Shown here: in pieces, positions 21,674-34,606 of the stretch
Numbering within the stretch: position 1 is the first letter of the stretch
Layout of the letters: every line of letters starts with the position of its first letter
Assembly (NCBI GenBank): GCA_002269645.1
Contig: NIVC01000037.1
Span: 1,273,121-1,337,120 of the forward strand
Reading direction: 5' to 3'
From: Macrostomum lignano
Taxonomy: Eukaryota
Length of the DNA stretch: 64,000 nt
Notes under the pieces: model-generated
What the model was told of the DNA's origin: nothing
What the model saw: only the letters and a program-made list of their open reading frames with translations
The model's database searches: none
Translations under genes and position numbers: made by a program

Positions 21674-22027
21674 TCAGCACGATGCCTGAGAGCAGGAGAG
21701 TTGGCACTGTTGAGGCCGCTCCGCCTGCGGCTGGCAGTCAGCGCTCTCCGCTTCCTCATCCTCAGCCTCTTCGTTGACGCTCAGCGGCCGCTCCTCGTTG
21801 CTGTCTCGATCCTCCATCGGCTGAGTTGGCGAGTTTTCCTCTGCCGTTGTCGACAAATTCAACGGCGAGGCCACTTCGGCGGCGCGGCCGGCGTCTGCGG
21901 TGAATTCACAGCGGCGGGCCGACTTGCTCGCCGCTGCCGCTGTCGCCGCTTCGGCGTCATCATAGTCTGCGGCGGCCTCCTCGGATGCGGCGCGGCGCTT
22001 CCGGCTTCCAGACTCCGTTGGATGCGA
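21674..22027 (-). CDS. Zinc-finger gene terminal exon (SHPTESGSRKRR...QASC*)
   Basis: ctttgcag|TCG; acidic tail; PLNLS. Confidence 0.82.
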   Translation of the reverse strand, partial: SHPTESGSRKRRAASEEAAADYDDAEAATAAAASKSARRCEFTADAGRAAEVASPLNLSTTAEENSPTQPMEDRDSNEERPLSVNEEAEDEEAESADCQPQAERPQQCQLSCSQASC

Positions 22028-22541
22028 CTGCAAAGATGAGTATGTATGCCGACGGATATTACCAAGTGTACGACGTACATGTGTACATAGTGACTGTACA
22101 TTGTGTAGATATCGGCTGTACATTGTGTACATAGCGGTTGTACATTTTGTACATAGCAGCTGTATATTTTGCACATAGCGGCTGTACATTGTTCATATAG
22201 AGGTTGTACATTGTATGCATAGTGGCTGTACCTTGTGTGTGTGTGTGTGTGTGTGAATAGCGACTGAACATAGTCTGTGTACATAACAAGTGTACATTGT
22301 GTGTGCATTTTCTGAGTACATAAACAATGTACATAGGTCATGCATGAACTAATACAAAGCTCCCAGCTTCCAGATACACACAGCTTCCTTACCTGCTCCA
22401 GATGGCGATGCAGCTGCTCCTGACTGGGACACAGCAAGCCGCAACTGGGGCAGGGGCACATGTCCAGCGGCTGGAACTCGCCTCCGCTAAGGCTGTTTTC
22501 GGCAATCTCGTCATTTTCGGAGCCAAACTTTTGCTGCTGGA

Positions 22542-22573
<32 letters not shown>

Positions 22574-25500
22574 GACACGGGAGCCCCGATGCCATGCTTG
22601 TTCAGCCGGTGAACCCGCAGGAAGTACTTGTTGCACACCTCCTTGCCACAGACGTCGCAACGGATCCTCTGCTGCGCCGGCGACCCGCCGGCTGGTCGAG
22701 TCGCCAACGATGACGAAGGCGATGCAACGGCGACGCTGGCGCTGGTCGGCGACGAGGTCGGAGATGCTGGAGGAGGTTTTGAAGATGCCAATATGAGCTT
22801 ATCTATTGATGCTCAGAGCACTGACTGCTCAAGACTCACAGCTTATCTATTGATGCTCAGAGCACTGACTGCTCAGACTCACAGCTTATCTATTGATGCT
22901 CAGAGCACTGACTACTCAGACTCACAGCTTATCTATTGATGCTCAGAGCACTGACTGCTCAGACTCACAGCTTATCTATTGATGCTCAGAGCACTGACTA
23001 CTCAGACTCACAGCTTATCTATTGATGCTCAGAGCACTGACTGCTCAGACTCACAGCTTCTATTCATTAATTCTCAGAGGCCCCAGCAACCTACACGCGA
23101 AAATTTTCCCATTCGAAGGCCAGGTTTTGTCAAAAGGCAACTGAGTCTTTCGAGTCTACAAGCAGAGCTTGGCTGCAATTTCTGCTGCAATTATATAATA
23201 ACTTCAGTAGAAAGAGACAAAAACAGCCCTTAAATTGATACTCTTGTGCTCGGTGCGGCTTCTGTTGTCTTTTCCTAACAAACTCCCTTCGGCGCCGGGG
23301 ACGCAAAAGTTTTTTTGGAAATTCCATCTCATTGCCAAGAAGGAATTTCTTTTAATCTATGCAGTCCCTTCTGCTTGGGAGTTCAATGCTTTGGAGAATG
23401 AAAGAGAAAACTTTATTAGAAGATGAAAAACTCATGGCCCATCAATCCTCGGGTTTTTGCATCCTAAAACTCACCAAGCCTCTGTTCTTTGTTCGCCTCT
23501 TTGACTTCTCCTTCATTCCCTCCTTTTTTGACTGCAGGATCTTCTGCTTCAAGTGAAAGAAAGCGGACAGACAGGGGGTTAGGGCAGGAAGAACAGAAGC
23601 CAGGGGAGGTATTCCGAATTTCACTCAATAGCAACATCGCAACTTTCATTTCGTGTCCTCAAAGAAAAGAAGGCAGGGTCGGGTGAGAGAGCTGCCAGGC
23701 AAGCAGGGCCTCCTCGCCTTTCACCCCACCCCACCCCCATCATTCACGTTTGAAACCGGACAGGGAATAAAGCAAAGGGACAAACAAAAAAAGTAAATTT
23801 TTTATGATTGAAATTCCCCGAGTCACGTCTGTCTCCGGCTAAGAACAAAAACTGATGAGGAAGGGAGGCAGCTGGGACCAGGGTTTTCAAAGCTGAATGG
23901 ACTCACGAAAAACTTTCAGTCGGAAGTCCGTCCGCCCCGCCTACCCGGGGGGGGAGGTGAATTTGTCTAAAAAACTGGCTTTGTCTTAAACTCTGCTATT
24001 ATCTACCAGACCTGGGAGACCCCGGAGTCCATGAAGGGCCCGAGACGCGTGCAGGTCTCTCAACAATTTCAAGCGCACGACTGAATAAACAGATGCTCCT
24101 TGAATATTTATAGCTCCCCCACCCCTAAATTATTGATTGATTCTCTCATCAGTCAAACCTGTTTCACCTCTCACACTTACCCCTTTCTCTTCTCACTCTC
24201 CCCCTGCCTCTTCTCACTCTCACCCTGTCTCCTCTCACTCTCATCCCTGTCTCCTCTCACTCTCACCCCTGCCTCTTCTCACTCTCCCCCTGCCTCTTCT
24301 CACTCTCACCCTGTCTCCTCTCACTCTCACCCTGTCTCCTCTCACTCTCACCCTGTCTCCTCTCAATCTCATCCCTGTCTCCTCTCACTCTCACCCCTGC
24401 CTCTTCTCACTCTCCCCCTGCCTCTTCTCACTCTCACCCTGTCTTCTCTCACTCTCACCCTGTCTCCTCTCACTCTCACCCTGTCTCATCTCAATCTCAT
24501 CCCTGTCTCCTCTCACACTCAACCCTGTCTCCTCTCATTCTCAACCCCTGCCTCCTCTCACTCTCCCCCTGCCTCTTCTCACTCTCACCCCTGTCACCTC
24601 TTACGCTCACCCTGTCACCTCTCACTCTCCCCCTGCCTCTTCTCACTCTCACCTCTGTCACTTATCACTCTCACCCCAGTCACCTATCATTTTCACCCCT
24701 GTCACCTCTCACTCTCTACCCCTGCCTCTTCTCACTCTTACCCCTATCACTCTCACCCTGTCTCCTCTCACACTCACCCCTGTCTCCTCTCACTCCCACC
24801 CCTCTTCACCCTCTCGCTTCTAAATTCAATGTTTACCTCTGGCCGGCACTCATTCCCTCCTCGCGCGCTGTTTCAGAATTATAAACGGAGAGTTTTCTAA
24901 AAGTCAAAAAACACAAAAGCCCTTTGGCTGACGATGTTGGCAAGCGCAGTTCCCTTTGTCCCCAGCCTCCCATGCAGCTTTCGCTTGTCAGAAAGAAAGC
25001 GAAATTATAGCTTTCTTTATTAATGTTTTGCCTGGCGATGAGTAGCCAAAACTTTTCTTGCTCTCAATTCAGTGTTTCTGCTCAGTTTTTGTCGTATTGA
25101 GTGAAGCCAGACAACTGACATGGTCAGTCAGCTATTGCCTGCCTGCCTGCCTGCCTGCCTGCCTGCCAAAACAGCCAGTTGCAGTTCAACAAAAAGAAAC
25201 ACAGCACGAAATAGAAAAAAACTGGATGCAATTTTCTGGCTCAAAAACTGCAGCAGCACTGCGATTTGCTTCAGTTAGCCCAGACCGGGAGCCAGTCGCT
25301 AAGTGGCGCGTGTTAATAGGAAATTCAAGATCCCAACCCTCCATCTTGCCCCCCCCCTATTCCCAGTAGGCATAAACATGACAATTCTGCTAGATAAGTC
25401 TTGTGTAAGATGTTCATGCCTCACAGAAATTTGTTTCTGCTCAACTGCTTTTCAATATAATTGTCAATGGAGTCTGCCCCCCCCCCTCCTAGAAGAAGAA

Positions 25501-27872
25501 GACTGCAGCGGAGAGAAACAGGTGCGAGAAAATTTTATCGCGATTAAAAATGGAGAGCGCAGCTGATGAAAATAACTTTTTTGTGCTCTGCCGACAACTC
25601 TTTCATCTCATTATGTCTTTTGAAGGCCTTCCCGGTGCCGCAGGCTTCCACATTTCAGCTTCGATATCCCTTGTTGCCACCCTCAGCTGTGCCGCTCTTT
25701 AACTTCCCCAACCATCTTGAGACTGAGATAAAAGCATTTCTACCCACCCCAAAAGGCAGAGAACAGGAGGTAGCTACTTCACAAACTAGACACTTCAGAA
25801 TTGGGGATTGTGAAGCTTGGGGATTGTGAAGCTTGGGGATTGTGAAGCTTGGGATTGTGAAGCTTGGAGATTGTGAAGCTTGGGGATTGTGAAGCTTGGG
25901 GATTGTGAAGCTTGGGGATTGTGAAGCTTGGGGATTGTGAAGCTTGGGGATTGTGAAGCTTGGGGATTGTGAAGCTTGGGGATTGTGAAGCTTGGGGATT
26001 GTGAAGCTTGGGGATTGTGAAGCTTGGGGATTGTGAAGCTTGGGGATTGTGAAGCTTGGGGATTGTGAAGCTTGGGGATTGTGAAGCTTGGGGATTGTGA
26101 AGCTTGGGGATTGTGAAGCTTGGGGATTGTGAAGCTTGGGGATTGTGAAGCTTGGGGATTGTGAAGCTTGGGGATTGTGAAGCTTGGGGATTGTGAAGCT
26201 TGGGGATTGTGAAGCTTGGGGATTGTGAAGCTTGGGGATTGTGAAGCTTGGGGATTGTGAAGCTTGGGGATTGTGAAGCTTGGGGATTGTGAAGCTTGGG
26301 GATTGTGAAGCTTGGGGATTGTGAAGCTTGGGGATTGTGAAGCTTGGGGATTGTGAAGCTTGGGGATTGTGAAGCTTGGGGATTGTGAAGCTTGGGGATT
26401 GTGAAGCTTGGGGATTGTGAAGCTTGGGGATTGTGAAGCTTGGGGATTGTGAAGCTTGGGGATTGTGAAGCTTGGGGATTGTGAAGCTTGGGGATTGTGA
26501 AGCTTGGGGATTGTGAAGCTTGGGGATTGTGAAGCTTGGGGATTGTGAAGCTTGGTGATTGTGCATTGGGGATAGCGAAACGTCCCCAAATTTTCGAAAT
26601 GATTCGAGAAAGCCTCGTACAAAATGACTTTCTCACCATCCGGCGTCTCAAAAGCGCCCCCGTGCTGACGGAAATTTGCCGAGTTGCCAGTTGCCATGGC
26701 AACGCGCTGCCCGTTAGAGTTACCGACTCCATGCGACGATTGAGCCTGCGGCTGTGGCGGCTGCACAGACTTGGGCACGCCGTGGACTTTCTCCTTGTGC
26801 GTCCGCAGGAAATACTTGTTGCAGACCTCTTTGCGGCAGATGTCGCACACGACTCTGTCTGCCAGCTTGGCGGCCACCATCGAGGACTGGAATGCGTCGA
26901 GCTGGTGCTGGTGATGCGGCTGGTACGCCGGCGGCTGCTGGTGCTCGATCGAATCCAAGCTGGCCGACGACTGCGGCTGAGGCGGCGGCAGCGGCAGCGG
27001 CAGCGAGGCCTGAGTTGGCGGGGGTGGCGGTGGCGGCGGTGGCGGCGGTGGCGGTGGTTGCTGTGCAGTGGCAGCGGCCAGCTGCGCATAGGGGCCCATC
27101 AGCGCCGGGCCCAGAGCCAGCGGAAACGATCCCAACAGAAAGGGATTTAATCCCATAGCGGCTAGCAGAGGATTGGACACTGCAGCTAGAGATGACAGGT
27201 CCTGATGGTGATGATGCTGCGGAGCCTGCTGATGCTGAATGTAGTGCTGCTGCTGCTGATGCTGCTGCTGCTGCCGCTTGTGCCTCTGCTGACTGGTCTC
27301 GCCGCCCCTGCCAGCAGAGCCTGCGGAGCCGGCAGGCCCAGTATGAATGCCATGCACGTCTGCTTTGTGCTTTCTCAGGTAGTACTTGTTGCAGAAGAGT
27401 TTCTCGCAGTGCTCGCAGTAGCTGTCCGGCCGGGTGCCGACGTCCTGCACGGCCTGAGAGTCGGTGGAGCGGTCGACAGGTTCGTTGACTCGGCTTGGCT
27501 TTGCCTGCTTCCTGCGAGCTGCTGCGGCGGCGGCGGCGGCGGCGGCTGCTGCAGCAGTGCTTTGAGTTGTTGGCATGGTGACCGGCAAGTCGACGCAATC
27601 GTCATCGGCGTCTCCATTGTCGCCGTAGTTGTTTGCGGATTCCGCAGAAGCGGCGGCGGCTGCGGCGGCGGCGGCTGCGGCGGCGGCGGCCAGCTGCTTC
27701 CCGGTGGCGGCCTGCTGGCGGCCGGAGCCGAGGCCGAGGGGCAGCTGCGGCAGCTGGCCGCCATAGCTGGCCATGGCGCTGGCGGCTTTGAGATACCAGT
27801 CCTGCTGCTGCTGCTGCTGCTGCTGCTCCATAGACTGCTGCAGGTGCTGATGCATGCTCCACAGTCCGTTGC
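21674..27872 (-). CDS. C2H2 zinc-finger transcription factor (4 dispersed fingers; poly-Q/A/P tracts); exons 26637-27872, 22393-22802, 21674-22027; 5' end uncertain
   Basis: Fingers CEHCEKLFCNKYYLRKHKADVH, CDICRKEVCNKYFLRTHKEKVH, CDVCGKEVCNKYFLRVHRLNKH and CPSCGLLCPSQEQLHRHLEQ|SH (last His supplied across the intron). Phase-consistent GT-AG joins; RKRR and PLNLS motifs; about 660 aa from ATG 27855. Confidence 0.85.
22065..22335. repeat. Degenerate TGTACAT-containing repeat with a (GT)n tract, zinc-finger intron
   Basis: Direct reading. Confidence 0.75.
22393..22802 (-). CDS. Zinc-finger gene middle exon (finger 3 and most of finger 4)
   Basis: caatag|AT and CAG|gtaagg. Confidence 0.82.
22796..23059. 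repeat. 43-bp minisatellite (6 units) overlapping the splice acceptor of the zinc-finger middle exon
   Basis: Unit AGCTTATCTATTGATGCTCAGAGCACTGACT[G/A]CTCAGACTCAC, starts at 22796, 22840, 22883, 22926, 22969, 23012. Confidence 0.95.
24165..24810. repeat. CT-rich ~21-bp minisatellite CTCACTCTCACCCTGTCTCCT
   Basis: Direct reading. Confidence 0.9.
25801..26562 (-). repeat. 16-bp minisatellite (family copy 2, inverted), about 47 near-identical units
   Basis: TTGGGGATTGTGAAGC on +, the reverse complement of the 18.3-kb and 35.1-kb arrays. Confidence 0.97.
26637..27872 (-). CDS. Zinc-finger gene large exon (fingers 1-2)
   Basis: ctctgcag|GC acceptor; donor G|gtgaga at 26636 (alternative phase-1 donor G|gtaact at 26723); first ATG at 27855. 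Confidence 0.82.
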
Positions 27873-28007
27873 CTGCAGAGTGTATTGAATGCGTTCAAAA
27901 TTTACTTACTGTTTTTTATCAATGATGACAGTTTCAATACAATAGGAATTTTGCTGCATGAGATAAGCTTGGTCAACATGTAAGCCTGCTACTTCTACTT
28001 ATTAACT

Positions 28008-28465
28008 ACTACTCATTCTACTCTCATTCTACTCTCCTTCTAATCTCCTTCTAATCTCTTTCTAATCTCCTTCTAATCTCATTCTACTCTCATTCTACTC
28101 TCTTTCTAATCGCATTCTACTCTCCTTCTAATCTCATTCTACTCTCATTCTACTCTCCTTCTAATCACATTCTACTCTCATTCTACTCTCTTTCTAATCA
28201 CATTCTACTCTCATTCTAATCACATTCTACTCTCCTTCTAATCAAATTCTACTCTCATTCTACTCTCTTTCTAATCGCATTCTACTCTCCTTCTAATCTC
28301 ATTCTACTCTCATTCTAATCTCATTCTACTCTCATTATACTCTCCATCTAATCACATTCTACTCTCATTCTAATCACATTCTACTCTCCTTCTAATCACA
28401 TTCTACTCTCATTCTAATCACATTCTACTCTCATTCTACTCTCATTCTACTCTCATTCTATATTT
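28008..28465. repeat. 11-bp repeat CT[A/C]CTCTCATT / CTAATCACATT
   Basis: Direct reading. Confidence 0.9.
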
Positions 28466-29557
28466 CTACTGTCACTCTAATCTCCTTTACCTTTCTTTTC
28501 CCTTTCCCTCCTACTTTGCCATCTTCTTCTATTCCTCTTTTTCACCTTTTTCTCATTTTTTCTCTACATAGAAATAAATTCTCAATTTCTAATCTCTTTG
28601 TTCCACTTCTTTTCTTTAAAAAGTTGACTTCATAACTTTGAAACTGCATCTGAAGCATTAGTTAGCTTCCGTCCAATCAAAATTTGAGTGCTTCAGTTTT
28701 CGTGTCCCAGATATCTTTACAGAAAACAATGAGGGAAAAATATTAGAAGTGTGCGATTCATCAACGGAAAGATTGACAGGTTCGATGACTCGCTGTGCAA
28801 TCTCTCTCTCTCTCTAAGTTGAAAGTAAGTGAAAAAAGCAAGACTTGGCCCTCTCCCCTAGCCCATTGCTGCAACACTGCAAATTTGCTTTTAACACGTG
28901 TCATTTCTGTCCTTAAGCCTATTCAGAAACACGGGAAATGGAGAAAAAAAGTCATTGCAAAGTCAGCGGAGGCCTTGAGCGCCAAAAGTTTAAAAAAGAA
29001 ACAAGTGCCAAGCCTGCAGGCGCCTCCGCCCCAGCAAATATTTGTCTTTGGGGGAGAATTCTCCCACACAGTAGGAAAATGGGAGCAGGAACTCAGGAGG
29101 CGAGATTACCAGTCAGCAGAGGCCATAAATCCCGGAGCGCACTGTCAATTTTATATTTTTCTTCCGTATTTGCTGATGAAAAAAATGTGTCTTTTTTGAT
29201 TGCCCCAGCTTCCTGCGATTCCGAGTTTCTTCTTCTTCGCTGATGCCCCCTAAATTGGCTGCTAAAATTGTTTTGTTTTAATGGAGAGTCGAGTTTTAGT
29301 GTGGCCAGCTAGACCCTGCCGACCTCAATAAAACTTGCCAAGAGCGCGTGTCAGCGATGGCCTGACTTCCTTATATCGCTTTTCATTGCTTCGTCAGAAT
29401 CAGATGTGTTGCAGAAAAAAAAACAGAAAAATTGCAGCCGTTCTGCTTTTAGCCACTAAGTGAGCGAGCGAGTGAAGGAAAATGAAGGCAATTAAGCTTT
29501 TATGGCCCCTACTTACACCTACGCTTAAGGCTCAGGCATCACAGAGTCCGATAGAGA

Positions 29558-30212
29558 GCATGAGAACTGATATCCTAATCCCAATGAGAACTAATAGCCT
29601 AATCCCAATGAGAACTAATAGCCTAATCCCAATGAGAACTAATAGCCTAATCCCAATGAGAACTAATATCCTAATCCCAATGAGAACTGATATCCTAATC
29701 CCAATTAAAACTAATATCCTAATCCCAATGAGAACTAATAGCCTAATCCCAATGAGAACTAATATCCTAATCCCAATGAGAACTAATAGCCTAATCCCAA
29801 TGAGAACTGATATCCTAATCCCAATGAAAACTAATAGCCTAATCCCAATGATAACTAATAGCCTAATCCCAATGAGAACTAATAGCCTAATCCCAATGAG
29901 AACTAATAGCCTAATCCCAATGATAACTAATAGCCTAATCCCAATGAGGACTAATAGCCTAATCCCAATAATAACTAATAGCCTAATCCCAATGAGAACT
30001 AATAGCCTAATCCCAATAATAACTAATAGCCTAATCCCAATGAGAACTAATAGCCTAATCCCAATGATAACTAATAGCCTAATCCCAATGAGGACTAATA
30101 GCCTAGTCCCAATGAAAACTAATATCCTAATCCCAATGAGAACTAATATCCTAATCCCAATGAAAACTAATATCCTAATCCCAATGATAACTAATAGCCT
30201 AATCCCAATGAG
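29558..30212. repeat. 24-bp minisatellite ATCCCAATGAGAACTAATAGCCTA, about 27 copies
   Basis: Direct reading. Confidence 0.95.
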
Positions 30213-31214
30213 AATTCCTATCCCCATTATTGCAACAGATTAGGGTGAAGTTTCAATGCAAATTTGTTCGGGACAAGTGTATAAGGCTGCGCTGCACTTT
30301 CTGTCCCACTAGAATCCGCAGCACCCTTTTTGCTATCTTGTTTTGTTTTACTTTTTGTTAGACAGTTCAAAATTGGTTGGTGGTGGGAAAAAATGTAAAA
30401 ATACCCCCCCACTGGATTCCTTTGAAAACAAGAAACGAAACACACAAAAAGTAGGCTTAAACCCGAGCCTCCTTTACTTGAAAACATTTCCTTCCCAAAA
30501 GGTGTTGTTCTTCGACAAGATTGCTGCTGCGATGGGGAGAGAATGAACAATTCCCAGTCAAGGGTGATTGACAACTTGGGGGAGGGGCTGGAGGTCTCGC
30601 TTGCCACTGCAGGCAAAATGTAAATGAACAGAAAGAGATAATCATATTTGAAAAGCAGCCACCCCCAGCAGGCTGGGAGAGATAAAACTCGAAGTGAACC
30701 GAGAGAAAACTTTCCCTCTATCGGCTGGTAAAGAAAAGCGAAATCTGAAAAAAGGAAATGGCAACGAACCCGGGACTGGAGGAATTCCAGCTCTGAGCCG
30801 CAAAGTTCTTTATCGCTTCATCTGGCCTCTTGGCTCCCCCCTCCCCGCGAACCCGCAGTTGAGTGATTTATTTCAGCCAAAACTAGATCCCGCACAGAGA
30901 GGCAGAGACAGCAAAGCTCTATTAATATCGAACAACAATTATTTTTAAACCCTCTAGGCAAAAACATTGAAATTAAATAGTTTTGAATCAAGAAATATGT
31001 AACGAAGCACAGTAGCTCTGCGTCCGAATCTTGCATCACGACCCCTGGTTGGATTCCGTGAGCACGCTCAAACACGTTCATTTGGTCAGAGGCATTTTCG
31101 TGCGATTCACAGCCATGATGGTTAACCCCAAGGCACAGACAGTGTACATGCTTGACGATTAGAAAGTCTTGGCTGCTGTACACCCTGTGTGATGAGCGTG
31201 AAGTTGGTAGATTG

Positions 31215-31335
31215 GGAGGAGAGTCAGAAGAGGGTACGGAAAGTTTGGTAGATAGATCGGGGGGAGAGTCAGGAGAAGGTTTGGCAAGTTGGTAGATCGG
31301 GGGGAGAGTCAGGAGAAGGTATGGCAAGTTGTTAA
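31215..31335. repeat. ~39-bp repeat GGGGAGAGTCAGGAGAAGGTTTGGCAAGTTGGTAGATCG, about 3 copies
   Basis: Direct reading. Confidence 0.7.
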
Positions 31336-32149
31336 ATCGGGGGTCGGAGAGTCAGAAGCGAGGGTTATGAGAGGATGTCTCTCTGGCTCCCAGCTCTGAG
31401 TCTGAGACTGAGTCGTGACTTTTTATTGCTAATCAGCAACTTCGCAGCTCATCTGGCCTAGCTAACACGCGACGCCCCTCTTGAGTAACCAAACGCCAGT
31501 GTTCCGAAAGCTTCAGGGCATTTCATCATTTCCATTGCCATTGAAATCGGCTAGCCAGAGCTCATTCATTTTGCCGCCCTACTCTGGCATTTGAGAGCTC
31601 CGCTTTTTAATTAGAGAAGCCAAATGCAAGCCTCCCCTGACAGCTTTGAGCTTTTGTTTCTGTCTGCCACCCACTGCTCTTGTCCCCGGCTGCTGGTTTC
31701 CGGTGTCCCTCCAAGCTTGCACGAGACTTCATTTTTGATTGAAAATTTCCTGCCTGCCGCAGAAACTTCTGCCGGAGTCAGCAATTGACTCTTTCCGCCG
31801 TGTTCGATTTAGCAAAAAAGGGGACCCTATTGAGTCGCACACGACTCTCTTGTCTGGTGGCAGAAATTTGATTAACCAACCCCCCATGGTGGCGCTAAAT
31901 CCGCAAAATTGGAGAGAGAAGGCAAAAAATAACACACAAAAAATAATCAAGTGAGCGACAGGACTGTGACGGGGGGGGCTGCCTGACAATGGTATCCGCA
32001 ATTTGGTATACGGATATTTTTAATCGAGAGGAGATTGAGGGATTGCTGAATGAAGATAATGAGGTTTGAGATGAGAATTGAGAGAGCCGTTATAATGCTT
32101 CTTTCGAGATTGCAAAACATTTTATTGGGCAGCTACTGGGGTTTTGGGT

Positions 32150-33020
32150 TAGTCACTGTCACTCACTGTTAGTTTCAGGTAGGTTCTGTGTCACTCACTG
32201 TTAGTCTCAGGTAGGTTTTGTGTCACTCTGTTATTTTGAGGAAGGCTTTGGGTCACTCACTGTTAGTTTCAGGTAGGTTTTGTGTCACTCACTGTTAGTC
32301 TCAGGTAGGTTTTGTGTCACTCACTGTTAGTCTCAGGTAGGTTTTGCGTTACTCACTGTTAGTCTCAGGTAGGTTTTGTGTCACTCTGTTATTTTGAGGA
32401 AGGCTTTGGGTCACTCAGTTTCGGCAAGTAGGTTTTGTGTCACTCAGTTTCGGCAGGTAGGTTTTGTGTCACTCTGTTATTTTGAGGAAGGCTTTGGGTC
32501 ACTCAGTTTCGGCAAGTAGGTTTTGTGTCACTCAGTTTCGGCAGGTAGGTTTTGTGTCACTCAGTTTCGGCAGGTAGGTTTTGTGTCACTCAGTTTCGGC
32601 AGGTAGGTTTTGTGTCACTCAGTTTCGGCAGGTAGGTTTTGTGTCACTCAGTTTCGGCAGGTAGGTTTTGTGTCACTCTGTTAGTTTCAGGTAGGTTTTG
32701 TGTCACTCTGTTAGTTTCAGGTAGGTTTTGTGTCACTCTGTTAGTTTCAGGTAGGTTTTGTGTCACTCTGTTAGTTTCAGGTAGGTTTTGTGTCACTCTG
32801 ATAGTTTCAGGTAGGTTTTGTGTCACTCTGTTAGTTTCAGGTAGGTTTTGTGTCACTCTGTTAGTTTCAGGTAGGTTTTGTGTCACTCTGTTAGTTTCAG
32901 GTAGGTTTTGTGTCACTCTGTTAGTTTCAGGTAGGTTTTGTGTCACTCTGTTAGTTTCAGGTAGGTTTTGTGTCACTCTGTTAGTTTCAGGTAGGTTTTG
33001 TGTCACTCTGATAGTCAGGT
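32150..33020. repeat. 29-31-bp minisatellite TTTTGTGTCACTCTGTTAGTTTCAGGTAGG with sub-domains
   Basis: Direct reading. Confidence 0.95.
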
Positions 33021-34183
33021 AAGTAAGTAGGTAGGTTCTTTAGCACTGTCTTGGGACGGACGCTGTTTAGGAGGCTGTTGATGAGGCGCAACTCTAATTC
33101 TTGGGCCTGTGCCAACAGTTCCAAATTCCCAATTAACTCAAGCAAAGTTAAACCCAGAAAGAAGCAGACACAGAATTATAAAAATAAGCGGAACTCTGTC
33201 TAAAGGCGAGCTCCATCTAAAACAGATTTCTGACACAGGTGAGTCCTAAAATGAAACTTAAAAAGAAGCAGACAATTTTGCAATCCAACTTCAAATTTAT
33301 TCCTTTACAATTGCTTCTTCTACTCTGAGCCTTCGCTCTGGAGAGACTGAAAACCCATTTTTGCCAATAATAATAGCTCTTGACCAAAGCGAATTTTGGC
33401 GGAACAATTATTGGAAAATTGTAATAATTGAAGGCGCTCCACTTAGCCGAAATACTTAAAGCCGAGAAGCGCAGGCCTTTCTGGCTGGGCCCTGTTGACA
33501 ATGCTACTACCGAGTCAAGTGGTCATTCAAAAAAGAAGAGACACGAAATTTCTTTCATTTCAATTTTTTCCCCACAGCCTTTACCGTCTGCTCCCCCCTT
33601 GCCTATCTCCCAGCAATTATGAATTCCCAGAATTGAGACAATTGGGATGGCGCATTAATATCGTGTGCAGGCTCACTCACCTGCAAAGTTGTACAGACCG
33701 CCGATGGCTTCAGACACGGCAGGTGGATGGCGCAGCTCGTAGGCCTCAGTTGAACCAGAAGTTTCCATTTTTTGTTGCTTTCACCTCGGCCTGCTGTTGG
33801 GGATGACGCGCACGGAATGAGAGCTTATATATATAGATAATTATCAAGAAATCTAGGAGTATCTATCTCACTTTGTCTTTTTGTTTCTTCTTTTGCCTCT
33901 CTTCCTTTATCGTAGCGGCTCCGTTTCCCTCTAATTTAACTCGCTAAACTCAGCGGGGGTGAGGAGGCAGGGGTGGGGGGGGGGTTCGCCCGTAGTGCAT
34001 TGGCTACAGCTGCCTTCCCCTCTGAACTTGCTAGTGAATCAGCACTGCAGCCCCGGCCTCAACAACTGCCAGCCACCCACTCTACCAATCCTGCGCGTTG
34101 CTTTGCAGCCACCCCAAATTGCTGGCTGACTTTTTTGCTTCGCACTGATTCGAAACTTTGCTTTGACAAGGTGGGCTGGGGAA

Positions 34184-34606
<423 letters not shown>

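Noticed and set aside
26536-27898. Overlapping alternative-frame and antisense ORFs over the large zinc-finger exon
   Set aside because: Shadows of a GC-rich exon with triplet repeats.
30980-31200. Non-repetitive part of the 169-aa minus-strand ORF
   Set aside because: No recognisable motif and no phase-compatible splice sites linking it to the zinc-finger gene.
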